From the NCBI GenBank assembly GCA_001724245.1, contig MEDX01000009.1, positions 1-64,000 of the forward strand: a stretch of 64,000 nt of DNA, given 5' to 3'. The notes under the pieces are model-generated. The model was not told the origin of the DNA and searched no databases. It was given only the letters and a program-made list of their open reading frames with translations. The position numbers were made by a program, and so were the translations under genes. Positions 63,232 to 64,000 of the stretch are shown here, piece after piece. The DNA comes from Fonticula-like sp. SCN 57-25 (taxonomy: Eukaryota). Numbering within the stretch: the stretch's first letter is position 1; every line of letters begins with the position of its first letter.

Positions 63232-63445
63232 CACGTGACAAACAACCGAATTGGGCAATAATCGACATCGATCAACCAATCCCGCTCTCTCGTTACCCTC
63301 GTCCCTATTTGGAAGACGGGGCAAGCTGCGACTTTCCAAATTAGGCGATCCATCGGTACAACTGGTAATTGCCAATTAGAACCCCTGCAACGACTGGTGC
63401 ATCTCAATTGGAATGCAGCCGGGAATAGCAACAGTGGCCAATCGA
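63232..63445. promoter_or_regulatory. Extended promoter region with an E-box and several CCAAT/ATTGG boxes
   Basis: GTCACGTGAC at 63230, and ATTGG/CCAAT near 63250, 63276, 63372, 63407 and 63438. Confidence 0.5.
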
Positions 63446-63530
63446 CGATTCGGAGGAGCGCGACCGCGATAAAATTCCAGTGAAGGAAAAGCCGTCCAGA
63501 GCACGCTCGACGCCCCCCCAACGAGGACCC

Positions 63531-63592
63531 GTGTGTGTGAGAGAGAGCGAGTGTTAGAGCGCGCGCGTGTGTGTGAAAGAGTGAGAAAGAGA
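63531..63592. repeat. Compound GT/GA/GC dinucleotide microsatellite
   Basis: gtgtgtgtgagagagagcgagtgttagagcgcgcgcgtgtgtgtgaaagagtgagaaagaga. Confidence 0.7.
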
Positions 63593-63791
63593 GGACAGAA
63601 TATCCCTCTGTTCGCCTTCCTCCGAGACGCCGGATTTACCCGAGAACCGACTGCCGCTCGTGGTCGCCCCTGCCCTTCCTGCCAATTGTTGTGCCAAACC
63701 TTCTTCTGCTCGTCGCCCGCTGTCCGAGCCCCCACCCTATTCAAACATTCCCTAGCCCTCTGTGAGCTTTTTCGTGACCAACTACGACAAG

Positions 63792-63934
63792 ATGCCCCCC
63801 CGCCATACCGAGGAAGCCCCGGCGCCGCTCGAGAAGGAAGTCATCGCGGACACCCCTCCGGCTTCACCGATCTCAATCGCCTCGACCGAGACCGCCGCAC
63901 TGCCTAGCGCGAAGGCGTGCCTCTTTGTGGCTGG
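63792..63934 (+). CDS. First exon of a probable RRM protein (possibly Rim4-like), continues beyond the window
   Basis: MPPRHTEE...LPSAKACLFVAG then a GTACGG donor. CLFVA is an RNP2-like motif. Confidence 0.5.
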
Positions 63935-64000
63935 GTACGGCACCGGTTTCCACTTTCCTGTTTTAGATTCTCACGATCCGTGGCGCGGTTTTTCCCCTGC

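Overview
This is eukaryotic nuclear DNA from a very compact, intron-rich genome with GC-rich exons, mostly ~45-70 nt introns, CTAAC/CTGAC branch points and the standard genetic code. I can reconstruct 27 complete and 2 partial protein genes, mostly in alternating head-to-head and tail-to-tail pairs with gaps of about 75-260 nt: kinase 3' end, GPR107/108-like, ANKZF1/Vms1, LRRC57-like, NF-YC, ALG11, COX11, WD40+SAM protein, ArfGAP-2xUBA, bacterial-type BDH, RIOK3, TFB2, TGFBRAP1/Vps3, WDR13, C2-C1-RasGAP-HR1, Avo2-like, CUE-PTEN, Mn-SOD, VPS13, SERBP1/Stm1, TCF25/Rqc1, mitochondrial DExD helicase, Niban-like, PRP38B, rabenosyn-5, DHRS4, MYG1, ChaC and an RRM gene start. The mix of fungal-type and animal-type genes suggests a unicellular opisthokont, possibly an early-branching holomycotan (inference). 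Most notable: (1) 5' splice sites are GTRCG/GTATG with no +4A among those read, plus GC-AG variants; (2) a Mn-type SOD carries a signal peptide and a C-terminal HAEL, suggesting an ER-lumenal location; (3) a CACGTG E-box sits just upstream of many start codons; (4) a candidate C/D snoRNA lies in the SERBP1 intron; (5) the intronless, bacterial-like 3-hydroxybutyrate dehydrogenase is an HGT candidate. All gene models were spliced by eye and family assignments come from recalled motifs; no searches were run.
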